38,567 bases of DNA from a virus (lineage: Duplodnaviria > Caudoviricetes): the IMG/VR virus record IMGVR_UViG_3300038312_000128, positions 1 to 38,567 of that record; one strand, written 5' to 3'. The first letter of the stretch is position 1. Each line of letters opens with the position of its first letter. The position numbers were made by a program, and so were the translations under genes. The notes below the pieces were generated by a model that saw nothing but the letters and a program-made list of their open reading frames with translations, was not told where the DNA came from and did not search any database. Below are positions 1 through 8,314 of this stretch, piece by piece.

Positions 1-61
1 GCAGGCAGCCTGTTACAGGATTCCATGTGCTATCGCACCATTCTATTTTTGTTTTTTGCAT
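1..61 (-). CDS. DUF5131 / phage Gp37-Gp68 family protein, N-terminus only (runs off window)
   Basis: Manual translation MQKTKIEWCDSTWNPVTGCL matches the family's KIEW-x3-TWNPVTGC start; GGAGG RBS upstream. Confidence 0.8.
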   Translation of the reverse strand, partial: MQKTKIEWCDSTWNPVTGCL

Positions 62-65
62 TACC

Positions 66-212
66 CTAATCCTCCTTATATTCACTACAACTAACCGCAA
101 ATCTATTTTTATCCCATCCAGAAGCTATTGTTTCCTTTTTATCAATCCATACATCGCAGTCCTTTTTCTTAAAGACACAATCATCGCATCGCCTATCAGA
201 TTTACTTTTCAT
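66..212 (-). CDS. Small Cys-containing hypothetical protein (48 aa), not in ORF track
   Basis: Manual translation MKSKSDRRCDDCVFKKKDC...SCSEYKED*; GGTGA RBS; packed between neighbours. Confidence 0.55.
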   Translation of the reverse strand: MKSKSDRRCDDCVFKKKDCDVWIDKKETIASGWDKNRFAVSCSEYKED

Positions 213-303
213 CGTGTTCACCTAAATTCTTTATTATCAGTAACCCCATCGCTGACATTCCTACTAAAACACCACCCATAAACGCTATTAACATTTGTAA
301 CAT
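202..303 (-). CDS. Small membrane peptide (33 aa), not in ORF track
   Basis: MLQMLIAFMGGVLVGMSAMGLLIIKNLGEHDEK*; AAGGGGG RBS; one hydrophobic helix. Confidence 0.55.
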   Translation of the reverse strand: MLQMLIAFMGGVLVGMSAMGLLIIKNLGEHDEK

Positions 304-314
304 ACAACCCCCTT

Positions 315-596
315 CTAAGCACTTGCACTATTTCCGTATATCTCCGCCTTTTTTCTCCTGGTACTTGCGCCGCCTCTAATGTGTTTTTCATTAAAATTTT
401 TTCTTAGAACGATATAAACTTGATAATGTAAATTTTTATTTATTTTAGGGAGCCTCTGCTTCATGTCTTTATGAGTTGTTGACTTAGTAACTCCAAAGAC
501 TTTAGCGCATTCCCTTATGGTACATTTGTTTTTTATTATGTAATTTGCTTCATCATGTATTCTTTTGTAAATTTCATCAGCTTTACTCATCTTCAT
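315..596 (-). CDS. spoIIID: SpoIIID-like sporulation transcription regulator
   Basis: ANYII..KCTIRECAKVFGVTKSTTHKDM..RLPKIN...HIRGGASTRRK follows the SpoIIID HTH and C-terminal HIRGG-x-AT motif. Confidence 0.88.
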   Translation of the reverse strand: MKMSKADEIYKRIHDEANYIIKNKCTIRECAKVFGVTKSTTHKDMKQRLPKINKNLHYQVYIVLRKNFNEKHIRGGASTRRKKAEIYGNSASA

Positions 597-1399
597 CCTT
601 CCTTTCTTAGATTTTTAATTACCTCTTCTTTTCGCTGTTCTGCCAATGCGTTTAAATCGACTTTTTCATCGCTTTGTATAAAGTTGTGAAATTTGTTGGG
701 CTTAATTTGTTGAGCAGTTTTTATAGGTTCTTTTCTGCTCCAATTAAGAATTGTTGCATAATCGCTTTTATACCTCTTTCCTGTAGATGCTTTGTAGCCG
801 TCAAGTCTATTAATTAAATCCTCTGCGACTGTTTGTCCTAACTTGTCTAATAGTTTTTTATATTCGTCCTCTGTTAAAGATACGCTCTGAAATTCACCAA
901 ATTTATTTTTAATAGGTTTTTTAGGAGCAGGTATATCTTTTATATATTCTTTTTCTTTTTCTTTTTCTTTTTCTTTTTCCCCCAAGTCTATAGATAGGGT
1001 ATCCATAGGGTATCCATAGTCTATACATAATGTTTCTAAAGCGTATTTAAACTCATCGCTTTTAATATTCTGCATTTCTTTTTTAATACAACTCATGACT
1101 TTGGGCGATTTAGTCCAATTATACTTGTGCCAATTAGTTAAGAATATCTCTCTCGTTTCTTCATTATAAAAAATTACACATAAATAATTTTCAAATCTAT
1201 CTATCAATCTCTCTACTGTTTGCAGATTGTAACCTGTTTCGTTCGATATTTGCCTTTTGCTTATTTCATAACATCCGCATTGCTTAGTATGTGGATTGGT
1301 CATCAGGTATAGATAGAAATATTTATCTTCCGGAGTCATTTCATCCATAACTTTTGCATCAGTCCAAAATGATGTTTGTATCATTCTATATACCGCCAA
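593..1399 (-). CDS. Phage replication initiator (replisome organizer type)
   Basis: N-terminus YRMIQTSFWTD...PEDKYFYLYLMTNPHT is typical of Firmicutes phage initiators; KE-rich linker; C-terminal YKSDYATILNW domain. Confidence 0.8.
   Translation of the reverse strand: MAVYRMIQTSFWTDAKVMDEMTPEDKYFYLYLMTNPHTKQCGCYEISKRQISNETGYNLQTVERLIDRFENYLCVIFYNEETREIFLTNWHKYNWTKSPKVMSCIKKEMQNIKSDEFKYALETLCIDYGYPMDTLSIDLGEKEKEKEKEKEYIKDIPAPKKPIKNKFGEFQSVSLTEDEYKKLLDKLGQTVAEDLINRLDGYKASTGKRYKSDYATILNWSRKEPIKTAQQIKPNKFHNFIQSDEKVDLNALAEQRKEEVIKNLRKEG
947..1028. repeat. Putative origin: four tandem 11-bp repeats next to a (TTCTTT)n tract inside the initiator gene
   Basis: 985-1028 AGTCTATAGAT/AGGGTATCCAT/AGGGTATCCAT/AGTCTATACAT; 947-979 AT-rich hexamer run. 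Confidence 0.6.
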
Positions 1400-1414
1400 T
1401 TCATCACCGCCCTC

Positions 1415-2155
1415 CTAAAACGAAACCAAATTCAAATCAATTTCAACGCCTTTTTCAGCTATAACAATATTTTTATCCGTCAGCTCCCGTATTTCCCTTT
1501 TAAACCTTCCGGCATCGGAATTCTTGTCAGACAGATGCAGTAAGCAAATATTCCTTACACCGTTCAAATTGTTTGCCTTTAGAAAGCTTTTTACATTTTC
1601 AAGTTCAAAATGACTTCTTAAAGTCCTGTTTTTTAACATATTGTTAATTATTCCTAACTCTACATTTTTATACAGTATGTCTTTTGCATAATTACACTCT
1701 ATAAATATGTGATTCAATCCTTCAAAGTTATATTTCAGGTAATATGTATCTGTGGCAAACAACATGAGCCCTATTTCCTTATGCTGTACCAGAAAGCCTA
1801 CAGGTTGTCTACAATCATGTTTAGTATCGAATGTCATAACTTTATACCCGCCGATGCTTATCTTTGCGAATTCGCACAAAATATTGACCCTGTGATGATT
1901 TAATTCCAATACTTCTTTTGTACCTTTAGACATATAGCAATCAATTCCTGCCTCTAATACCTTTTCTACATATCTCGAATGGTCTTTATGCTCATGAGTT
2001 ACAAGACATCCGACAACATTCTTCAAATCAAAATTAAGAGCCTTCTTTACTTCTTTAAAATCAATACCACATTCAATTATTAATATTTCACCGCTTTTTG
2101 CTTGTAGCAGGTAGCAGTTCCCAGAAGAGCTGCTACCCAATACCTTGACGTTCAT
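1415..2155 (-). CDS. Metallo-beta-lactamase-fold hydrolase/nuclease
   Basis: LGSSSSGNCY start, THEHKDH metal motif, TDT, IECNY, HLS motifs; adjacent to recombinase. Confidence 0.9.
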   Translation of the reverse strand: MNVKVLGSSSSGNCYLLQAKSGEILIIECGIDFKEVKKALNFDLKNVVGCLVTHEHKDHSRYVEKVLEAGIDCYMSKGTKEVLELNHHRVNILCEFAKISIGGYKVMTFDTKHDCRQPVGFLVQHKEIGLMLFATDTYYLKYNFEGLNHIFIECNYAKDILYKNVELGIINNMLKNRTLRSHFELENVKSFLKANNLNGVRNICLLHLSDKNSDAGRFKREIRELTDKNIVIAEKGVEIDLNLVSF

Positions 2156-2158
2156 TTT

Positions 2159-2953
2159 TTAAAAACCTGGGTCAGGGTTTATTCCCATTTGAGCGCCGTA
2201 ACCCTTTGATTTATTCGAATTAACATCATAAGATGCCTGCTCCTCTGTTTCCATAGGAATATCAGTTGTTTGTTCTTTATGGAAAACCACCGTTTTTTTA
2301 TTTGCATTATTTTTAATTTCCTCATTAACTCTTTGCTCTTCATCAATCACAACAGCATCTTGAATTTCCTCTTCTGTATATAAACTGCTTAGATTTTTCG
2401 GAAATGCTTCTCTTAAAGCTTGAACTAAAGCAACTTTTCTAATCATCGTTCGTGGCATTGCCTTCCAAGTGGATTGACCTTTGTTATACTCTTCAAAATT
2501 AACTTTCGCAGAATATGGATGTTTTTTGTCTTTCCTATATACCTCTGCCCATCCTCCAAGGATAACATCATCTTTAAGTGTGAAGGAACCTTCAACTTCA
2601 ACAATTTCATTGCCTCGACTTACAATCAAACCTGCTTTAAACCCATCGTATTCCGGATGTTCTTCTGCTCTGTTCATAAAAGCACCTTTTGAAGTAATGT
2701 TTTGAGCAGGTTTTGTTTTATCATACTTAACTAAATAAGCTTCGTTGTTCCAAGGATTTAAAAGGTTATATTTGCACCAATTCATGAATAAAACAACTTC
2801 CTGGTCTGTAACCTCCTCATTTCCTCTTGCAATATAATTTTTAACTGTTCCAAATGTTAAGGTAACTGCTTCGCCTCCAACTTCAAATGTCACCCCTCTA
2901 TTGTCTTTATCTCTTTGAGCTACTGTATTTTGATTTGTATTAGCCATATTCAT
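2159..2953 (-). CDS. bet: Single-strand annealing recombinase, Bet/RecT family
   Basis: LNPW..EAYLVKY, GGWAEVYRKD, W..MP.TMIRKVALVQALREAFP..LYTEEE motifs. Confidence 0.9.
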   Translation of the reverse strand: MNMANTNQNTVAQRDKDNRGVTFEVGGEAVTLTFGTVKNYIARGNEEVTDQEVVLFMNWCKYNLLNPWNNEAYLVKYDKTKPAQNITSKGAFMNRAEEHPEYDGFKAGLIVSRGNEIVEVEGSFTLKDDVILGGWAEVYRKDKKHPYSAKVNFEEYNKGQSTWKAMPRTMIRKVALVQALREAFPKNLSSLYTEEEIQDAVVIDEEQRVNEEIKNNANKKTVVFHKEQTTDIPMETEEQASYDVNSNKSKGYGAQMGINPDPGF

Positions 2954-2959
2954 TCCCTC

Positions 2960-3178
2960 CTATAATTTTTTACTATTTGCATTTGTCCATCCTGGACTAA
3001 ATTCAGTTTGTTTTTTAACTGCTCTATTGCAATGAACTTCAACTGTAATACCTTTTGTCATGGCTATTGTTTTCATTGAAGAGCCATCAACAACAATCTT
3101 GTCAACATTCTTCTCAATTTCTTTAAAGATACATTTTTGGTCGCAAACATCCTCTTTAACGCATTTCTTGCAGTCCAT
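2960..3178 (-). CDS. Hypothetical protein with CxxC motif
   Basis: ORF coupled to neighbours; AGGAG RBS. Confidence 0.6.
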   Translation of the reverse strand: MDCKKCVKEDVCDQKCIFKEIEKNVDKIVVDGSSMKTIAMTKGITVEVHCNRAVKKQTEFSPGWTNANSKKL

Positions 3179-3828
3179 TAATTAACTCCTTTCGTTAAAG
3201 CTTTTTGAAGAGACCAGCCTCTTTTTAACCTTTCATATACAGTTGGATAAGAACAATTGTACTCTTTTACCCATTCTGCCAATGTCCTTTTAACACCATT
3301 AATTTCGTAGATTTTACTGCTGCTTCTATTATTTGCTTGTGTCTTTTCATCAACCCATCTACAGTTACTTGGTTCATAGTTACCATCATTATCTATTCTA
3401 TCAATTGATAATTTTTCGCTGTACCCGTTCTGTATAGACCAATCATGAAAAGCCTTATAATCATTTAACCACTTATCGCAAATCTTAATTCCTCTACCGC
3501 CATATTTAGGATATTCCCTTAAATTAGAATTCGAGCATCTATTTTTAATGCCCATCCATATGCGAAATAACCTTGTATTTTTGCCTTTGGAATCTTTGCT
3601 TAAACCGTGAGTTGTGCTGATGTCTAACAAGTGCTTTGTAGCTTTTTCTTTCTGCAAGCATCCACAGCTCCTTGTTGCTCCTTTCATCAAATTGTGCGTT
3701 TTAGCAATACTTGTATTTCCGCAATCACATTGACATTCCCACAAAGCGTTTTTATGTTTATCTGCTCCATAATATTCAACAACTATTAATCTGCCGAATT
3801 TCATACCTTTAATATCTTTATATCTCAT
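3178..3828 (-). CDS. HNH-type homing endonuclease-like protein
   Basis: KFGRLIV, WECQCDCG, SCGC, YGGRGIKIC, SIDRIDNDGNYEPSNCRW motifs. Confidence 0.8.
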   Translation of the reverse strand: MRYKDIKGMKFGRLIVVEYYGADKHKNALWECQCDCGNTSIAKTHNLMKGATRSCGCLQKEKATKHLLDISTTHGLSKDSKGKNTRLFRIWMGIKNRCSNSNLREYPKYGGRGIKICDKWLNDYKAFHDWSIQNGYSEKLSIDRIDNDGNYEPSNCRWVDEKTQANNRSSSKIYEINGVKRTLAEWVKEYNCSYPTVYERLKRGWSLQKALTKGVN

Positions 3829-3838
3829 ATCATTCCTC

Positions 3839-5791
3839 TTATATATGTTCTATTTTTAAAGATTTATCTTCTGTTACAACAAGCCTTATCAATTGTCCTG
3901 AAATTACTATTAGCTCATTCACGCTTTCAGCATTATCTATAAATACAGGACAATAAGTATCATAATATTTTGACATTGCTTCAATGATATCCAGTCCAGC
4001 GTTTATCTTCCCTGCATTATTTGCGTCTGCGAACGGTACCCCTTTTATCAATGCTTGACAAGTTTCAGTGATTCCACCATTAATCTGTACATCAAACATT
4101 TTGAAAGTAACATATTTGAATGTATCGTTAATTTTCTTTTCCAACATACTTACTTTTGCTTTTATGAATTCCTCTGCCAAAAATTCTTGTCCTTCAAGAT
4201 CTGCCACTTGCTGACTGAATTTTCTCTCTTCATCCTTAAGCTCTTTGATTCTGATTTGAGCATCCTCGATACTTTGTTTACTTGCCAGGATAGTGTTGAT
4301 TTCCTGTAATCTTTCCTGATGTTCGTTGTACATTCTTCTAACCCTGTTATCATGTTCTACAGGCAATAAATTCTTCTCTATGCTTCTTATCTCATCATCT
4401 AACGCTCTGTATTCAGGATTTGAATTGTAATCAATCTTGAGTTCTGTATTTTCTTCAACCTTGACTTGAGCTTTGATTCTTTCTATCTCTGCCTCATTAG
4501 ACTTTAATGTAACTTCATCTTTTTCTACTTCTTTTTGTACCTTTTCTATTTCCTCATTAAGTTGTTTTACCTTGGATTTGCGCCATTTACCTTGATTAGA
4601 TATTTCATCTATTTTCTTGAGCTTATTACTTTTAAAGTTCGCCAACATTCCTGATATCTGTTTTTCAACATCATCTTCCGGCAATGCCTGTCTGCATGTA
4701 GGACAAACAAAATTCTCTCTGTCAGGCTCTTCAAATGGCTCATTGAATACTTTTGCATAATCGTCTCTGTATAACTGCATTTCTTCCTGAAGCTTTTCAA
4801 TTTCTTTCTGATTTTTCGATATAAACTCAATGTTCATTTCATGCTTTTTCTGCAAGCTTGATTGTTCATATTCAAGCTGCATTAACTTGAATTTCATATC
4901 ATTTAAGGATTTCATGGAGTCTTTTTCAATCTGAAGCTCTAAATCCTTTAATTTATTCTTTTTTACTGAAAGCTCTGATTGTCTCTTAATAAAGTCCTCT
5001 GCAATTCTCTGCTGATTAGATAACTGACTTTCCAATATGTTCATTTCGCCTTTTATTTTAGCCTTCTCTGCTTGCAGCGCTCCATAATCGACATCCTCTG
5101 CTAATACAGGCAAGTTTCTATTAATTTCATCAATTCTGATAGGAATAGCCTTTAACTGCTCATTCAGTTTCTTTTTCTTACTTGCGATGATAGCCTTAAA
5201 ACTATCTATGCTATTGCCATTGAGTAGCTCCGGCAAATCATTTAGTTTTTTAGAATTATTTATAACATCTTCATCAGTTATGTCGCCGACAATATCTAAC
5301 AGTATCTTGCGTTTATCCTGCCAATTTGTATTAACATTGAAATGCATTGGATTAGCGAGCAATTTAAAAACATTTTCATCGATGAGCGAATTGATATATT
5401 CCTTGTAGTCCTTCTCTTTTTTAGGTTCTTCGTTGATAAAATATTCTGTTGTATTGCCTGAAAAAACCGAATCTGCGGAGCCACGTTTCTTGACCCAATT
5501 TTCTTTTAATAGTCTTCTTAAAATAACTTCCTTGCCATCTGCAACCAATGTTCCTGTAACCTGGTGCTCTAACCCGTGAATAAAATCACCATTTTTATCA
5601 AGAGTCTTTATATTAAAATCACTTCTATTTGCACTATCTTTGCCGAATAATAGCCATGTGAAGCTATCAAATACAGTTGTTTTGCCTGTTTCATTTCTGC
5701 CAAATATGTTAGTTTCTTTGCCAAACTCTATGGTTCTTTCCTTTATACCTTTAAAATTTAAAAGTTCAAGTTTTCTTAATTCGATATTCAT
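3839..5791 (-). CDS. SbcC/Rad50/SMC-like coiled-coil ATPase
   Basis: L.NFKGI start, Walker A GRNETGKTT, long coiled coil with CPTC zinc hook, C-terminal VFIDNAES. Confidence 0.88.
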   Translation of the reverse strand: MNIELRKLELLNFKGIKERTIEFGKETNIFGRNETGKTTVFDSFTWLLFGKDSANRSDFNIKTLDKNGDFIHGLEHQVTGTLVADGKEVILRRLLKENWVKKRGSADSVFSGNTTEYFINEEPKKEKDYKEYINSLIDENVFKLLANPMHFNVNTNWQDKRKILLDIVGDITDEDVINNSKKLNDLPELLNGNSIDSFKAIIASKKKKLNEQLKAIPIRIDEINRNLPVLAEDVDYGALQAEKAKIKGEMNILESQLSNQQRIAEDFIKRQSELSVKKNKLKDLELQIEKDSMKSLNDMKFKLMQLEYEQSSLQKKHEMNIEFISKNQKEIEKLQEEMQLYRDDYAKVFNEPFEEPDRENFVCPTCRQALPEDDVEKQISGMLANFKSNKLKKIDEISNQGKWRKSKVKQLNEEIEKVQKEVEKDEVTLKSNEAEIERIKAQVKVEENTELKIDYNSNPEYRALDDEIRSIEKNLLPVEHDNRVRRMYNEHQERLQEINTILASKQSIEDAQIRIKELKDEERKFSQQVADLEGQEFLAEEFIKAKVSMLEKKINDTFKYVTFKMFDVQINGGITETCQALIKGVPFADANNAGKINAGLDIIEAMSKYYDTYCPVFIDNAESVNELIVISGQLIRLVVTEDKSLKIEHI

Positions 5792-6078
5792 TAGATTTCC
5801 TCCTTAATTTTATCTTTATCATCTGCAAATAGCAGAAATGGAGTTATGCAGTAAAAGGTCAGTCCTACAATTCTTGTGCTGTATCGATACGGGCACTCTA
5901 TGTCATTTCTTTTTGATATTTCGTACTCTCTATCGCCTAAGATGTCTTGAAATGTTTCTTTTGTAATCTGAAAACCTCTGTCATTAGTTCCTATAATCCC
6001 TTGCCTATACGCTTTTTCTGTCGATACCTTGTAATCTGCTGCCGTATTCGTAAACTCTTCAATATTTATCATTTGCAT
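5791..6078 (-). CDS. Hypothetical protein
   Basis: ORF with GGAGG RBS; stop overlaps next start. Confidence 0.7.
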   Translation of the reverse strand: MQMINIEEFTNTAADYKVSTEKAYRQGIIGTNDRGFQITKETFQDILGDREYEISKRNDIECPYRYSTRIVGLTFYCITPFLLFADDKDKIKEEI

Positions 6079-6100
6079 TTTTCCTCCTGTATGCTATAAT
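6073..6100 (+). promoter_or_regulatory. SigA-type promoter antisense to the early operon
   Basis: TTGCAT (6073-6078), 16 bp, TATAAT (6095-6100) with extended TG at 6092-6093. Confidence 0.55.
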
Positions 6101-6121
6101 TAGCATGATTTAAATTATTTT

Positions 6122-6445
6122 TTATTTGCCGTTTAGTTCGCAGCTATTCGGCTTTTTTCTTATATTATTTGGTAATCCAAGCTTTAACCTCCAATTTCTT
6201 ATTGTACTTTCGCTTACATTTAGATAAAACGCTATTCTTGCATCACTCAAATTCTTGTTGTAGAAATGTAAAAACTTTTCTTTATTAGGCTTTTCAATTT
6301 CACAGCCATTTTTCTTGAGAATTCTGATAATTTCATTCTCCCTTAACAACGTAAGCTCTTGGAGCAATTTTATTCTATCTTGCCTCTTATCAGCATTTCT
6401 GTAAAACGTGCAAATCTCACTTTCTGAATAATATCCTCTTGAAAT
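6122..6445 (-). CDS. Hypothetical protein with C-terminal HTH; probable ATT start upstream of the tracked TTG
   Basis: Frame is open to ATT at 6445, just after AGGAGGTG; C-terminal LSDARIAFYLNVSESTIRNWR HTH. Confidence 0.65.
   Translation of the reverse strand: MSRGYYSESEICTFYRNADKRQDRIKLLQELTLLRENEIIRILKKNGCEIEKPNKEKFLHFYNKNLSDARIAFYLNVSESTIRNWRLKLGLPNNIRKKPNSCELNGK
6128..6159 (+). terminator. Hairpin plus T-run, candidate terminator of an antisense RNA
   Basis: GCCGtttagTTCGCAGctattCGGC followed by TTTTTTT. Confidence 0.5.
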
Positions 6446-6557
6446 TTTCTACACCTCCTATATCTTGCCAAGCGAACACAACAATCCAACCTACGATAGT
6501 TATCATTAGAGCTTGTATAAGTATTGTTAGAATCTCACTTGCAGTATTTGAAAACAT
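6417..6557 (-). CDS. Small membrane protein (46 aa), not in ORF track
   Basis: MFSNTASEILTILIQALMITIVGWIVVFAWQDIGGVENFKRILFRK*; GGGGTGA RBS. Confidence 0.55.
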   Translation of the reverse strand: MFSNTASEILTILIQALMITIVGWIVVFAWQDIGGVENFKRILFRK

Positions 6558-6561
6558 TTCA

Positions 6562-6870
6562 TCACCCCACTTTCATTCTTTTCTTAACTCTATTTATAGT
6601 TATTGGACGACTGTATTGCCTTTCGAGATTTACATTTTCTTTGTTTTTCTCAATCCAATCTTCTATATCAGAACGATAAAATTTATCACCGCCACACTTA
6701 AAGCATGGTATTTGCAGCTTGTCTTTGTTTACGGAAATCCATGCTTGAGATACCCCTAACCACTCTGCTAATTCCTTTGGGCTTAAAATCTCTTGGGGCT
6801 TTTTATTCTCATATTCTGAAAGGACTTCCCTGACAGCTTCCTTGATTATGTTTTTTAGTTGTTCTTCCAT
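6562..6870 (-). CDS. Excisionase-like winged-HTH DNA-binding protein
   Basis: ILSPKELAEWLGVSQAWI...IPCFKCGG.KFYRSDIEDWIE; ATG at 6870 has GAGG RBS; follows cro. Confidence 0.8.
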   Translation of the reverse strand: MEEQLKNIIKEAVREVLSEYENKKPQEILSPKELAEWLGVSQAWISVNKDKLQIPCFKCGGDKFYRSDIEDWIEKNKENVNLERQYSRPITINRVKKRMKVG

Positions 6871-6871
6871 A

Positions 6872-7069
6872 TCAATCCTCTTTATCTTCAAACAGATCAT
6901 CGATACTACAATTCAATGCCTTTGCAAGCTCCGGTAATGTATTAGTTTTAGGTACATTTTCGCCTGTTTCCCACATAGCAACAGTTGATTGGGATACATC
7001 TAATTTTTTAGACAAGGCTGCTTGAGATATTCCTAACTTCTCTCTAAATTGTTTAATTTTGTTTTTCAA
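6872..7069 (-). CDS. Cro-like XRE HTH regulator
   Basis: IKQFREKLGISQAALSKKLDVSQSTVAMWETG; divergent from repressor; GAGGTG RBS. Confidence 0.9.
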   Translation of the reverse strand: MKNKIKQFREKLGISQAALSKKLDVSQSTVAMWETGENVPKTNTLPELAKALNCSIDDLFEDKED

Positions 7070-7090
7070 CTTATCACCTCATTTGTTGTT

Positions 7091-7137
7091 TAATCATCTC
7101 ACGTGATTATCTTAACACTTAAAATGATAATTGTCAA
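7091..7137 (-). promoter_or_regulatory. Lytic promoter overlapped by operator-like inverted repeats
   Basis: Minus-strand TTGACA (7137-7132), 17 bp, TAAGAT (7114-7109). Operators TAATCA-N7-TGATTA (7091-7109) and TTAACA-N7-TGATAA (7112-7130); weaker copy at 7071-7089. Confidence 0.7.
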
Positions 7138-7164
7138 CATTTAATTAGAATAAAATTAAAAGAA

Positions 7165-7746
7165 TTGAGAGACGACCATAAGATATCACAGGCAAAATTG
7201 GCTAAAGCAATTGGAGTATCACAATCTACCGTAGGAATGTGGGAAAATGGAAAAAACAATCCGGAGCATAAAACTCTTCTTAAAATAGCTGAATACTTTA
7301 ATGTACCATTGGACCATCTTGCAGGAAATTCAGAAGAGGACAAAGCGGCAACAAGTAACGCAGTAAGGATAAATGTGTATGGCAGCGTTCCGGCAGGGAT
7401 ACCCGTAGAGGCTATACACGATATTATTGATTGGGAAGAGATTCCGTCCGATTGGATTAAAGACGGCTCTGAATTCATTGCACTTAAAGTAAAAGGAAAT
7501 TCTATGTATCCCAAATACCTTGATGGTGACATCGTTATCATTAAAGTTCAACCGGATTGCGAATCAGGACAGGACGCAATTGTTTTTATCAACGGTTACG
7601 ATGCAACATTGAAAAGAGTTATTAAGAATGAGAAGTCAGTAATCTTGCAGCCTTTGAATCCTGAACATGAAACGAAAATATACAGTTCAGGCAGTGAGCC
7701 AATCACCATTTTAGGAATTGTAGTTGAATTAAGGAGGAAAATATGA
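7165..7746 (+). CDS. CI/LexA-type repressor (XRE HTH + S24 peptidase); start uncertain
   Basis: HTH ISQAKLAKAIGVSQSTVGMWENG; VPAG cleavage site; GNSM serine and TLKR lysine of the S24 dyad. Confidence 0.92.
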   Translation: MRDDHKISQAKLAKAIGVSQSTVGMWENGKNNPEHKTLLKIAEYFNVPLDHLAGNSEEDKAATSNAVRINVYGSVPAGIPVEAIHDIIDWEEIPSDWIKDGSEFIALKVKGNSMYPKYLDGDIVIIKVQPDCESGQDAIVFINGYDATLKRVIKNEKSVILQPLNPEHETKIYSSGSEPITILGIVVELRRKI

Positions 7747-8177
7747 AAATAGTCGATGAGAACAGAGCAAAGATAACCGAAGAGGATATGAAGTCGGGTA
7801 AAGTTAAAGTCTATTGGAAGGAAAAAGAAATTAAATATGACAAAATAATAAGTAAACTATGTTACAAAAGACTTGAAACAGCTAAATATACAGAAATCAT
7901 TTTTAATACAAAATACACATACGCAATGTACCTTTTTATTTTATCTATGATGGCAGGTTATATGAAAGATAACAGTTTAATTGGTTTTATTGGATTTGGC
8001 ATGCTAATGATTCAGTGGGTTTATACAATAAAAGTATGGCTTCCTGTTCAAAAACAAATTAAAGAGGCTGCTCAAACAGGCAACATTAGTTATTACGGAA
8101 GTAAAAATTCTTTGCAAAATCCATTAAAGTATACAATTTATAAGCAAGGAGGTATCGATGAAATCCATAATAGCTGA
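7743..8177 (+). CDS. Membrane protein, two predicted TM helices, in immunity operon
   Basis: Hydrophobic YTYAMYLFILSMMAG and LIGFIGFGMLMIQWVY; ATGA overlap with cI. Confidence 0.7.
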   Translation: MKIVDENRAKITEEDMKSGKVKVYWKEKEIKYDKIISKLCYKRLETAKYTEIIFNTKYTYAMYLFILSMMAGYMKDNSLIGFIGFGMLMIQWVYTIKVWLPVQKQIKEAAQTGNISYYGSKNSLQNPLKYTIYKQGGIDEIHNS

Positions 8178-8307
8178 TTTGTTTAATGTGATCGGCAACA
8201 TAATCGGTCTTATAGCCGGGAATATAAACTATTTTATAATTCTAATATTCATTTTAGTTGTGATTGCTGAAATTGCTGACGCTATTATTAATTCAAAAGA
8301 GGAGTGA
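8158..8307 (+). CDS. Small hydrophobic protein (49 aa), not in ORF track
   Basis: MKSIIADLFNVIGNIIGLIAGNINYFIILIFILVVIAEIADAIINSKEE*; GGAGGT RBS. Confidence 0.6.
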   Translation: MKSIIADLFNVIGNIIGLIAGNINYFIILIFILVVIAEIADAIINSKEE

Positions 8308-8314
8308 TGATTAA

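Noticed and set aside
1415-2155. MBL-fold gene as an antibiotic-resistance beta-lactamase
   Set aside because: No signal peptide; context beside Bet and the SbcC-like ATPase indicates a recombination nuclease.
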